IMG/VR virus record: IMGVR_UViG_3300032285_001768
Location: 1 to 55,919 of that record
From: a virus
Lineage: Duplodnaviria; Caudoviricetes
DNA length: 55,919 nucleotides
Reading direction: 5' to 3' (one strand)
Part shown: in pieces, positions 28,622 through 36,246 of the stretch
How positions within the stretch are numbered: position 1 is the first letter of the stretch
Layout: each line of letters opens with the position of its first letter
Program-made: the position numbers and the translations under genes
The notes under the pieces: generated by a model
Told to the model about the DNA's origin: nothing
Databases searched by the model: none
Seen by the model: the letters and a program-made list of their open reading frames with translations, nothing else

Positions 28622-29062
28622 TTAATACACCCGAATGATTGCAGACGTAATATCGTCTGTTGGGAAAACAATGTTCAAGACCCCGCCTGCGGTTGTTGTC
28701 CTCTGGCCGCCAAAATCCAAAACGCAAACCGCAGGGTTACCTGACACGGAGCTATTGTAAATCAACGCTCCAAAAGTGGTAATGGTCACGCCAGTCAACG
28801 ACAAGTCCACAAAATCCACGTAAGCCGTCGTATTGGCTGACGTCGGAATATATGGGGTCAACGCCACCCCTCCCGTGGTGTACGAACCAGAAGCCGCAAT
28901 CTCATTTGTAGCCGTGTACGCAGTCGTGTCGGCGTTGAACGTGGCGTTTTGGTCGTACAACGCCAGCTTAAAAGTATTGCCAGTGACCGGCGTAAAGTTA
29001 TGCACGCCTTTCAAAAGCTGCACCTTGAAACTGGTGCAAATGTAATTGCCGGTAAATGCCAT
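28622..29062 (-). CDS. virion structural protein (146 aa)
   Basis: ICTSF...HNF...TFKLALY...SYTTGG...GALIYN...VLDFGG. Confidence 0.8.
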   Translation of the reverse strand: MAFTGNYICTSFKVQLLKGVHNFTPVTGNTFKLALYDQNATFNADTTAYTATNEIAASGSYTTGGVALTPYIPTSANTTAYVDFVDLSLTGVTITTFGALIYNSSVSGNPAVCVLDFGGQRTTTAGGVLNIVFPTDDITSAIIRVY

Positions 29063-29724
29063 TACGGACCTGGCGAATCGGATTTAAGAGGAATGCGCAT
29101 CATGCCATCGCGGTACTCATCGCGGCGGCGGCGGCCCTGCTGTTCAACACCCAGACCACTGACAGCCTGCTTATAACTATTTTCAAAATAAGCTTGCATG
29201 TCGGCCGGCCCTTTCAAATAGCTATACGCCTGGATCATGCAGGCGTAAAACAACGCTTCTGGGGCATTCGTGCTAATCCAAGTCGTCGTGTTGGTCGACG
29301 ACAACTGAGTGGGCCGATAAATAAAACCCAGTTCAACAATGTAGTTCTGGTTAGGCGTCGGAGCCACATAAAACGTGTTCTGATCCCAAACGCCAAAGTA
29401 TTTTGGAGTGCCGGTCACCGTTTGGTCTTTCCAATACTCTTTCATAAAAGAAGTATCCCGAAAGTCCAAAAATACTTGCGTTGAACCAGTATAGCTTTTA
29501 AGCAACATGTACCTGTGCGTCAACAGGTCCGTAGGGGCAGTCAAAAATCTATTCCCCGACGTCATGTTGCCAGTCATCTCTTTTTTAAACACGTCGAGGT
29601 CAATCTCACGCATGATGCGGTTTTCCGCAAACGTGATGAACGTGTTGATAACAGGCAGGGTGAACTCACTGTCCCCTACCTGCGCGTAATTTCGAATGTT
29701 TGTGACCAGTTCGTCGTAGGTCAT
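29062..29724 (-). CDS. head-tail adaptor-like protein (220 aa)
   Basis: MTYDELV..I...FI..AE.RI; G.PKYF; VAPTP; TWIS.NAPEAL.YA. Confidence 0.6.
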   Translation of the reverse strand: MTYDELVTNIRNYAQVGDSEFTLPVINTFITFAENRIMREIDLDVFKKEMTGNMTSGNRFLTAPTDLLTHRYMLLKSYTGSTQVFLDFRDTSFMKEYWKDQTVTGTPKYFGVWDQNTFYVAPTPNQNYIVELGFIYRPTQLSSTNTTTWISTNAPEALFYACMIQAYSYLKGPADMQAYFENSYKQAVSGLGVEQQGRRRRDEYRDGMMRIPLKSDSPGP

Positions 29725-30074
29725 GTTGTTGTCACCGTCACAGAACCAACCACGACCCGCGAGATCAACGCAGGACCAACAATGTACGGCCGCATATCAT
29801 TTGTGTTACGCGCCGTCCCGAAACTTTGAAAGGCTGAGAAGCCTGGAGCACCAACAAACACGGATAATGGCTCCCTACGATCTGGCCGCGGCCCATCAAG
29901 TGCAATCGCATCGCCATGATACTTCAATGGCTGAATTTGCGGCTCTTTTGGCTCGTAATCGTCCGGGCAAACCTTAAACCCACGCCAATTGATGCGAAGC
30001 TGAGTCAGCCTGTACCGCTGACCACAGTAATCGCAAAGGGCTAAGGCATATTTACCTGCCGCGGTAGTAGGCAT
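29721..30074 (-). CDS. hypothetical virion-module protein (117 aa)
   Basis: CDYCG...KVCPDD...EPQ metal-binding-like motif. Confidence 0.75.
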   Translation of the reverse strand: MPTTAAGKYALALCDYCGQRYRLTQLRINWRGFKVCPDDYEPKEPQIQPLKYHGDAIALDGPRPDRREPLSVFVGAPGFSAFQSFGTARNTNDMRPYIVGPALISRVVVGSVTVTTT

Positions 30075-30075
30075 T

Positions 30076-30747
30076 TTAAATCGTCGCTATCTGCGGCACA
30101 AAATATGTGCTGGCGGTATCCCTATCCTCATCTGCCGCACGTTTGAAGTCCTCTTCATAAAGATTCTTCAAAGCACCAATCCGGTCTGGGGCAAACTTTA
30201 AAGACAGGAAATACGCAAGACCAGATGCCAGGCAAGGCAAGAAACGCCAATTGACATCCGAAGTATTGGTGTACGCCCCAGCGTCCTGAATCCGTCGAAT
30301 CCGGTAATACACCAGCTTGTACTGGCTGTTTGGAGGAACGGGGTACAGATAAATCTGCGGGATATTCTGACGCTGTACGTACAACTGAGACGGGCGAGAC
30401 TGAAAGTCCTTATTTGGAATGTCCAAGTACTCGTTTCGGCTAACCCGTTGAATAATAATGTCGTTATACGGTGTCGTGGTCAAATCCCGAATCACCGCAC
30501 CCAACACATTGACCGTGTCCGGGTCCAAATTAAGGACCCGATCTCCTTGGGTTAACTGAATTTCTTTCTGTTCAATTGTCCACAGGTTCAACCCGCGGTT
30601 TGCCCAATCAAGAAACACCAAGTTGAGCGAGCGGCGTGCCGTCGTCAGCTGATACCCATTGGTGGGTCTCATGCCGCATCGCTCAAATGCTTCTTCGATT
30701 AGTTCATCAATCGACAGATCAAAATCAGTCGTGCCCGAGGTGGTCAT
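30076..30747 (-). CDS. head-tail adaptor / tubular protein A-like (223 aa)
   Basis: IEEAFERCG, ARRSLN...WANRGLNLW, YLYPVP, RFLPCLASGLAY. Confidence 0.65.
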   Translation of the reverse strand: MTTSGTTDFDLSIDELIEEAFERCGMRPTNGYQLTTARRSLNLVFLDWANRGLNLWTIEQKEIQLTQGDRVLNLDPDTVNVLGAVIRDLTTTPYNDIIIQRVSRNEYLDIPNKDFQSRPSQLYVQRQNIPQIYLYPVPPNSQYKLVYYRIRRIQDAGAYTNTSDVNWRFLPCLASGLAYFLSLKFAPDRIGALKNLYEEDFKRAADEDRDTASTYFVPQIATI

Positions 30748-30942
30748 TTAGCACATGCCGCCTTTTTTGTAGGCCTTCATCTTGCCTTTTTTGACCATGC
30801 CGCCTTTAGCCATCTTGGCAGTTCCAGGCTTTACAGACTCATCGCCTTTCATCGAGTCGTAGTTGTAATCGACTTTAGGCGTTTCGCCGCTCATCACGCA
30901 GCCGCCGCCACGAACCGCGGCACCCATTCCACGTCCAGCCAT
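30748..30942 (-). CDS. small basic protein with MAKGG/YKKGG motifs (64 aa)
   Basis: Tightly packed between neighbours; GRGMGAA.RGG start. Confidence 0.8.
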   Translation of the reverse strand: MAGRGMGAAVRGGGCVMSGETPKVDYNYDSMKGDESVKPGTAKMAKGGMVKKGKMKAYKKGGMC

Positions 30943-30944
30943 GA

Positions 30945-31214
30945 TTATTTCCCCTTCATCAGAGCACGACCTTTTGCATCAGCCGTAGTACGCATCAAGG
31001 CACGTCCATAAACCGGAGCTTTAGAGCCCGATTTGACCGTGCCACCCATTGCCTTCTTAACGGCACCGCCCTTTTTCATCTTCTCTTCCATTTTCTCACC
31101 AGCAGCATATTGCTCCGGCGAGATTTTGCCAGACTTAATGGCCCGAGCTTCTTTCAGCTCTTCGCCCTTAGTCTCTTTGTTCTTAAACAGTTTTTTAAGA
31201 TCAGCCTTAGCCAT
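30945..31214 (-). CDS. small basic protein with MKKGG/AMGG motifs (89 aa)
   Basis: AAGGA RBS; Lys-rich. Confidence 0.8.
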   Translation of the reverse strand: MAKADLKKLFKNKETKGEELKEARAIKSGKISPEQYAAGEKMEEKMKKGGAVKKAMGGTVKSGSKAPVYGRALMRTTADAKGRALMKGK

Positions 31215-31225
31215 TTCAATATCCT

Positions 31226-31465
31226 TTAGTGTGTGGAAATCAGACGATCAATCTTCTCTTCCAACTTGTTAAACCTGGCGTCAATATGTTCCATGATTTT
31301 AACAACTTCTGCCCTGGTAATCAGATCACGGGCCATTTCTTCTCGTGTCTTATTCAAGAGAATACTGACCCGAGAAAGTTCGTTGAATTTTTCACGAAGC
31401 ACAAACCCAGCAAGAGCAAAGACCACCGTCAAACCCGCTGACCAGAGTTCTGCTGCACTCATCAT
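31226..31465 (-). CDS. small protein with N-terminal TM and coiled coil (79 aa)
   Basis: LWSAGLTVVFALAGFVL, then ILLNKTREE...RFNKLEEKID. Confidence 0.75.
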   Translation of the reverse strand: MMSAAELWSAGLTVVFALAGFVLREKFNELSRVSILLNKTREEMARDLITRAEVVKIMEHIDARFNKLEEKIDRLISTH

Positions 31466-31755
31466 GCTCCACCATAGTAGAACAAAGTGATTGAAGTTAC
31501 CCCTGCCCCACTAAACGTGACATGAATTCCACTATCAAACAAGACCCCCATATCGGTAATCTTGATGTACTGGGACCCAATCACAGGTGGAGATGTCAAG
31601 GTAAGTTTCGTTGTGCCACTTGCTCCGCCACTTTTAAAAGTCAGCGTTGCAGCAGTTGCCGTAGACACAAAGTAGACACCAACCAAGCGACTCCGACCAC
31701 TGACAACTTGTGCGGTTGTCGTGGCCGAAGCCGAGTAAATATTACTATTACTCAT
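31462..31755 (-). CDS. small beta-rich virion protein (97 aa)
   Basis: GGAAGGG RBS; operon packing. Confidence 0.75.
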   Translation of the reverse strand: MSNSNIYSASATTTAQVVSGRSRLVGVYFVSTATAATLTFKSGGASGTTKLTLTSPPVIGSQYIKITDMGVLFDSGIHVTFSGAGVTSITLFYYGGA

Positions 31756-31781
31756 GGCCCTTCCCCTTAATCAAAAATTAT

Positions 31782-32246
31782 TTAAGGGATCAGGTTTGCG
31801 GCCTGCTGGTAAACGACCGAGATGTAACCCACACCGCCGCCTGCACCAGGCGTGGTTGATGTCACGACAATCTTGACGTCTGTAGTGCCAACGTCAACAA
31901 AAGCCGCCGTGCGGGTAGCGTCCGTGCCGGGAGTAACCGAAACAATGCCAACTGCGGCCGTCGAAACAGCACCAGCTGCCGTGTACGCAGTAGCCAGTGC
32001 GGTGTTACCCACACCGACAGTTGCCGTGGCACCCCAAACGGTGGTGACATAGAGAAAAATGTTCAGAATCTGACTGTTTGCAGGGATGACAATAGTCGTA
32101 TTCCCGCCGCCAGAAAGCTGAGTGATTTTTTCAGTTTGAACCATGACCACTTGACCGACGTTCTTGACGTTCTGACCAAGCGTTGTGCCAGTGGTGTTAA
32201 AAATGTTACCCGCCCGTACTGGGCCGGAGAACGTAGTGCGTGCCAT
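31782..32246 (-). CDS. putative capsid decoration protein (154 aa)
   Basis: MARTTFSGPV start, IPANSQI; follows the capsid gene. Confidence 0.7.
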   Translation of the reverse strand: MARTTFSGPVRAGNIFNTTGTTLGQNVKNVGQVVMVQTEKITQLSGGGNTTIVIPANSQILNIFLYVTTVWGATATVGVGNTALATAYTAAGAVSTAAVGIVSVTPGTDATRTAAFVDVGTTDVKIVVTSTTPGAGGGVGYISVVYQQAANLIP

Positions 32247-32247
32247 G

Positions 32248-32325
32248 TTAGCCTCTCATGCTAATAAGCATATCTGTCTGCATGTCGTCAGCCGGGACTG
32301 TCAGATATGCCGGAAACCCCGGAAT
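32248..32325 (-). ncRNA. structured RNA, candidate Mu-gpT-DE motif
   Basis: 9-bp stem GCAUAUCUG/CAGAUAUGC enclosing CAG-UCCCGG-CUG, whose loop is complementary to upstream CCGGGG; lies just downstream of a Mu gpT-like capsid gene. Confidence 0.6.
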
Positions 32326-32349
32326 ACAATAACTATACACCCTATTCGC

Positions 32350-32380
32350 AAAAAGAAAAGGCCCCAAAAGGGGCCTTTTC
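32350..32380 (-). terminator. rho-independent terminator after the major capsid gene
   Basis: GAAAAGGCCCC-TTTT-GGGGCCTTTTC followed by TTTTT. Confidence 0.85.
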
Positions 32381-32393
32381 AAGTTGCCGGTAA

Positions 32394-33299
32394 TTAGGCT
32401 CCAGGGCAGCCGTAAATACCACGCCAATCGCTGAACCCGAAGCTGTAACGCTCACGAGCCTTGTAGCGCACGTTACCAGTATCGAAGTCGCCTTCGAAAC
32501 CAGTGCGGATTGCAACACGCTCGAACATCTTCATGCCGTTAGGAGCGTCGGTCTTGATAAACCAGCCGTTCGTATCGGTCAAGAAGTGGTTAACGGTGTA
32601 ACCCTGGGGGATCATGCCCATGTTCTTGATCGCGTTGATGTCGTTATCTGCAGTTCCGACACGAAGCGTAGACTTCAGGATCCGGTCAGCAGTAAACATC
32701 AGCTCTTTCGGGATGATCAACTTCAGACCCTGCATGGCGATCTTCAGGCCACGTTCGTCGGTGAACGCAGCGATGTCGATCAGAGCCTGCTCAAGCGAAG
32801 TCTCGCTCAAGTCGGCATCCACAGCCAAACGGTTGGAACCGTTAGGGCCGCCCAGCGTTGGGTGAGCAGTCGAGCACAAAGGCTGGCCATCGCCACCAAT
32901 CGAGGTCGTAAATGCACCGTTCAGAACAGCAGCACCTTTAATCTGCTTGGTCTGAGCCATGGAACGAGCCAGGGCCTTGGTGTAACGAGCCGATAGACGA
33001 TCATACAGGTTGTCTTCCACTGCCTCTTCAGTCAGAGAAAACGCCAGCGCAATCGTTTCGTGGGTGTAGCGAGCCGTAAAGACTTCCTGCGCCTGATCGT
33101 AGAACACGCCAGAGCCTTCAGTCTTAACCGGAGCGGTTGAGAACCCAGACAGCATCACTTCTTCTTCGAAAGCACGGTCCGAAGACTCGACTTCGTAGAT
33201 TTCAAGATGCTCGTTCTCGTAGTTTTTGTACTCAAGGCCGAAGAGGGCATTTAGACCCGGCTCAAGCTCTTTCGTAAGTTGGGCACGTGAAATTGCCAT
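32394..33299 (-). CDS. major capsid protein, Mu gpT-like (301 aa)
   Basis: MAISRAQL.KELEPGLNALFG, ARYTHETIALAF, GDFDTGNVRYKARERYSFG; followed by a strong terminator. Confidence 0.88.
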   Translation of the reverse strand: MAISRAQLTKELEPGLNALFGLEYKNYENEHLEIYEVESSDRAFEEEVMLSGFSTAPVKTEGSGVFYDQAQEVFTARYTHETIALAFSLTEEAVEDNLYDRLSARYTKALARSMAQTKQIKGAAVLNGAFTTSIGGDGQPLCSTAHPTLGGPNGSNRLAVDADLSETSLEQALIDIAAFTDERGLKIAMQGLKLIIPKELMFTADRILKSTLRVGTADNDINAIKNMGMIPQGYTVNHFLTDTNGWFIKTDAPNGMKMFERVAIRTGFEGDFDTGNVRYKARERYSFGFSDWRGIYGCPGA

Positions 33300-33301
33300 G
33301 A

Positions 33302-33892
33302 TTAAGCTCCAAGTCCAGCCACGCCAGCACTTCCGTACTGATGCGTGTTGATTTTAACCACCAGGATCTCGTAAGCACCAAAGTCATTGCCAGACTGGTT
33401 GTACAGTCCAACAACTTTCAGGGCCAGAGTGCTGGTCTTTGCGACGTTTGCAGAGTCAATTGTCATGTTCGACAAGCCGGTAGTCGTGCTACCAGTTGTG
33501 CTAGTCGAGATCGGCGCATTCCAGCCAATCTTAGTCTGATCAATTGCCGTGCTGCTGGTCGACTGAATCAAGAACAACTGGTTGGGATCGTCAATGACGT
33601 CGGCCTGGATGATGCCAGCGGTGATGTCAACACTACCAGGGTAGTAATTGCTCCACCGTTGCTTACCAGTTGTCGGGTCAATGTACGTACAACCGTTGAA
33701 CACGCCCACAGCCGAAGAGTGAGTCGCCGCCACAAATTTATAAATGTAGCCGTCATAGTTGGTGACTAGGTCACCCAAATAGATCGCCCCGGACTGGTTA
33801 TCGGCAATCTGATATCCGTACTGTTTCTGTGCTCCAGTAGCGGACAGGTTGCCCATAGGACGCAGACCAAAGGGCTTATTTACGTTAGCCAT
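33302..33892 (-). CDS. putative capsid cement/decoration protein (196 aa)
   Basis: MAN...PFGLRP start, directly upstream of the capsid gene. Confidence 0.7.
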   Translation of the reverse strand: MANVNKPFGLRPMGNLSATGAQKQYGYQIADNQSGAIYLGDLVTNYDGYIYKFVAATHSSAVGVFNGCTYIDPTTGKQRWSNYYPGSVDITAGIIQADVIDDPNQLFLIQSTSSTAIDQTKIGWNAPISTSTTGSTTTGLSNMTIDSANVAKTSTLALKVVGLYNQSGNDFGAYEILVVKINTHQYGSAGVAGLGA

Positions 33893-33913
33893 TTGTCAAT
33901 TCCTTAAAAAAGT

Positions 33914-34396
33914 TTATTCCCCGGATGCACCAGGGCTACCAAATGTGACCCGCGACTGACGCGAAGGGCTTTCGATCCGCATGCTGTTGTGAGCATTGCT
34001 TTTCATTAGCTCATTATCAATCGCTAAAACCTGATCAATTGCGCGACGATTGTAGTATGCCTGTCGCTCTTCAACTGTTTCCAAAGGAATACGGGCTAAC
34101 AGAACGTCTCCCACGCTGATAATGCCAGCGTGTCGACCGTCTTCCACGGAGGGAACAGGAAAGTCTGGGTACTCTTCCGAACGGACGAGCTCATAACCTT
34201 CACGGACTTTGGTGGCAATATTCATACGGTCCTCTTGATTGGCCGTAAATGCCCGAATCCATCTGTGTTTGTATCCCGGAGGAGCAGGAGGCGCATCAAG
34301 ACGTGACGGAGGAGTCCAAGGTTTCCGGCGTGCCGCCTTCTCGCGGGTATCCGCGGAACGCGCTTCACGATTAACGGTGGTAGTAGCCTTTTCCAT
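33914..34396 (-). CDS. head-module hypothetical protein (160 aa)
   Basis: WTPPSRLDAPPAPPGYKHRWIR, REGYELV. Confidence 0.8.
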   Translation of the reverse strand: MEKATTTVNREARSADTREKAARRKPWTPPSRLDAPPAPPGYKHRWIRAFTANQEDRMNIATKVREGYELVRSEEYPDFPVPSVEDGRHAGIISVGDVLLARIPLETVEERQAYYNRRAIDQVLAIDNELMKSNAHNSMRIESPSRQSRVTFGSPGASGE

Positions 34397-34398
34397 AA

Positions 34399-35262
34399 TC
34401 AGTCCTTGACGTATTTGGCATATTCCTCAATCGGAACGCCGAGTTTTTTCGCAATCGCTACCTGACTTGCAGTCAGTTTAACAACGCGGCGTGCATTATT
34501 TACCCCGGAAGACCGGGTTGCAGGTGCCACCGTTTGCACGGTTCTAGTGGTCCTGTCTTTATTAAATCGACCTGGAAAGGATGATTTAAGTCGACGATCC
34601 AGCTCATCATAGTACTCATCTGAACTGCCGTCAAATCCTTCAACTTCAATTAGCTGTCGATGAATGCCCCAAGCGGCAGATGTGAGCACAGTATCGCGCC
34701 CATACCACGAGTTTTTATCGACCCAATTAGCCGCTTTTTCATCCACAACTGGCCGAGCTTGCTGAACAACCGGCTGCTGGGGACGCTGCTGCTGTTGCAC
34801 CAGCTGCTCTTGATATGACTGACGATGCGCATTAGCTTCAGCAATTTGACGCTGCTCGTGAATTAGCGAAGTCAACCGAGTACTGGCTTCAATCTCAGTC
34901 GAAATATCACCCTCTTCACGGGCTTTTTGAATGATTTGCTTTAGCGCAACAAGTTGGGTCTCTACCCGACCACTTGCCTCATACAAACGCTCTTCATCCG
35001 TGCGAACAACTTTTTGTTCCAACTGCTGCAGTCTGGCTTGCATGCCCTGAGCCAATTCCAACGCAGCCTGCTCTCGACGCTCCGTCTCGCGCAAGCGAGC
35101 CGTCATCTTGTCAATGCGCTTCTTGACCTTGTCGCTGTAATCATCCAGTTCCTGGTCTTGATTAACAGCAGCTGTCGTGTTCTGCCCTTCCGTCTCGGTC
35201 ACTGTGACCGACATGGGCTGTTCGTCCTCTCCGACGTTGTAATCCAACTCTTGATCTGACAT
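34399..35262 (-). CDS. putative scaffolding protein (287 aa)
   Basis: Acidic N-terminus, long coiled coil, C-terminal LTASQVAIAKKLGVPIEEYAK coat-binding-like helix pair. Confidence 0.7.
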   Translation of the reverse strand: MSDQELDYNVGEDEQPMSVTVTETEGQNTTAAVNQDQELDDYSDKVKKRIDKMTARLRETERREQAALELAQGMQARLQQLEQKVVRTDEERLYEASGRVETQLVALKQIIQKAREEGDISTEIEASTRLTSLIHEQRQIAEANAHRQSYQEQLVQQQQRPQQPVVQQARPVVDEKAANWVDKNSWYGRDTVLTSAAWGIHRQLIEVEGFDGSSDEYYDELDRRLKSSFPGRFNKDRTTRTVQTVAPATRSSGVNNARRVVKLTASQVAIAKKLGVPIEEYAKYVKD

Positions 35263-35272
35263 TGTCTACTCC

Positions 35273-35722
35273 TTACATGTGCAAAATGTCATCAGGGTCC
35301 GAAATCACACCCAGAACTTCATCGTCGTTAATAAACCGGATCTCGCCACCATCAATAGGAATGCGAGCCCCCGCATAACGACCAAAAATAATCCACTCTC
35401 CCTCCTCGCACCACGGTCCGGTAGGGAATTTGGTTTCGTCTGAGTAAGCCAGGCTGCCCATTTTCAAGACATACCCGCACACGGTATTTAAAACCGCGCG
35501 TTTTTGTGTTTCTTCCGCAAGGACAATCCCGCCTTTTGTCTTGTCTGCACCCCGATAAGGCAGAATCGCAATCCGCCAACCTGATGGTTCAGGGATTCGA
35601 TCCATTACAGCTGGCGGAATCTTGTCCGGGTCAAAAACCCCGTCGACATATGCATCATCCAACACGGGCTCTGCAGCTTCAGCTTTCCATTTGCGCTCTA
35701 GCGCAGTGATAGGCTCTTCCAT
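35273..35722 (-). CDS. groES: GroES-like co-chaperonin
   Basis: EPSGWRI, KTKGGIVL mobile loop, RYAG, FINDDEVLGVI. Confidence 0.88.
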   Translation of the reverse strand: MEEPITALERKWKAEAAEPVLDDAYVDGVFDPDKIPPAVMDRIPEPSGWRIAILPYRGADKTKGGIVLAEETQKRAVLNTVCGYVLKMGSLAYSDETKFPTGPWCEEGEWIIFGRYAGARIPIDGGEIRFINDDEVLGVISDPDDILHM

Positions 35723-35737
35723 ACGACCTCCTTTGAG

Positions 35738-35926
35738 TTAAAAATCAGGATCTTTGCGGCGAAGTAAAGACTTGACCACATCTTCAACAAGATTCAAACC
35801 TTCCAGACGGCCCATCATGAAGCGATAGCGTTCCATGTCGGAAATGCCACCACTCAAAATGATTGCCTCAGAGTCCGCTTTAAGCTTTCTGATTTCTTTC
35901 AGCACAGCTTCTGTAAATTCAAGCAT
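35738..35926 (-). CDS. hypothetical protein (62 aa)
   Basis: GGISDMERYRFMMGRLEGL; upstream of groES. Confidence 0.8.
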   Translation of the reverse strand: MLEFTEAVLKEIRKLKADSEAIILSGGISDMERYRFMMGRLEGLNLVEDVVKSLLRRKDPDF

Positions 35927-35938
35927 GGAAACCCCATG

Positions 35939-35966
35939 AAAAGCAGACGGAATGCGCCCCGTCTGT
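35939..35966 (-). terminator. hairpin, possible weak terminator/attenuator
   Basis: CAGACGGG-GCGCAT-TCCGTCTG followed by CTTTTC. Confidence 0.45.
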
Positions 35967-35979
35967 AGGCTTGTGTCAA

Positions 35980-36246
35980 TCAGTATATACCAACAGGATC
36001 ATTGCCGTCACGTTTGCGAATGACTTTTGCAGGCCCGTTTTTGCCTTTTTTAAGCTCTTTTTTAGGTGCATTACTTGGATTATTCTGTCCAGCCTTGCTG
36101 TAAGCAATTGCCGCAGCCTGTTTTACAGCCGCTGCGGTGCTTTTTGGCTTGCTTGTACCAATCTTCCCCTTCTCTTTAAAGGAATGCACCATCTCCCCAA
36201 TGTTTGAGCTAATGGTTTTTTGACTTTTACCAGATTTAAGAGGCAT
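35980..36246 (-). CDS. small basic protein (88 aa)
   Basis: Start trimmed to MPLKSGKSQKTISSNI after AAGGAA; KQAAAIAYSKAG. Confidence 0.8.
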   Translation of the reverse strand: MPLKSGKSQKTISSNIGEMVHSFKEKGKIGTSKPKSTAAAVKQAAAIAYSKAGQNNPSNAPKKELKKGKNGPAKVIRKRDGNDPVGIY

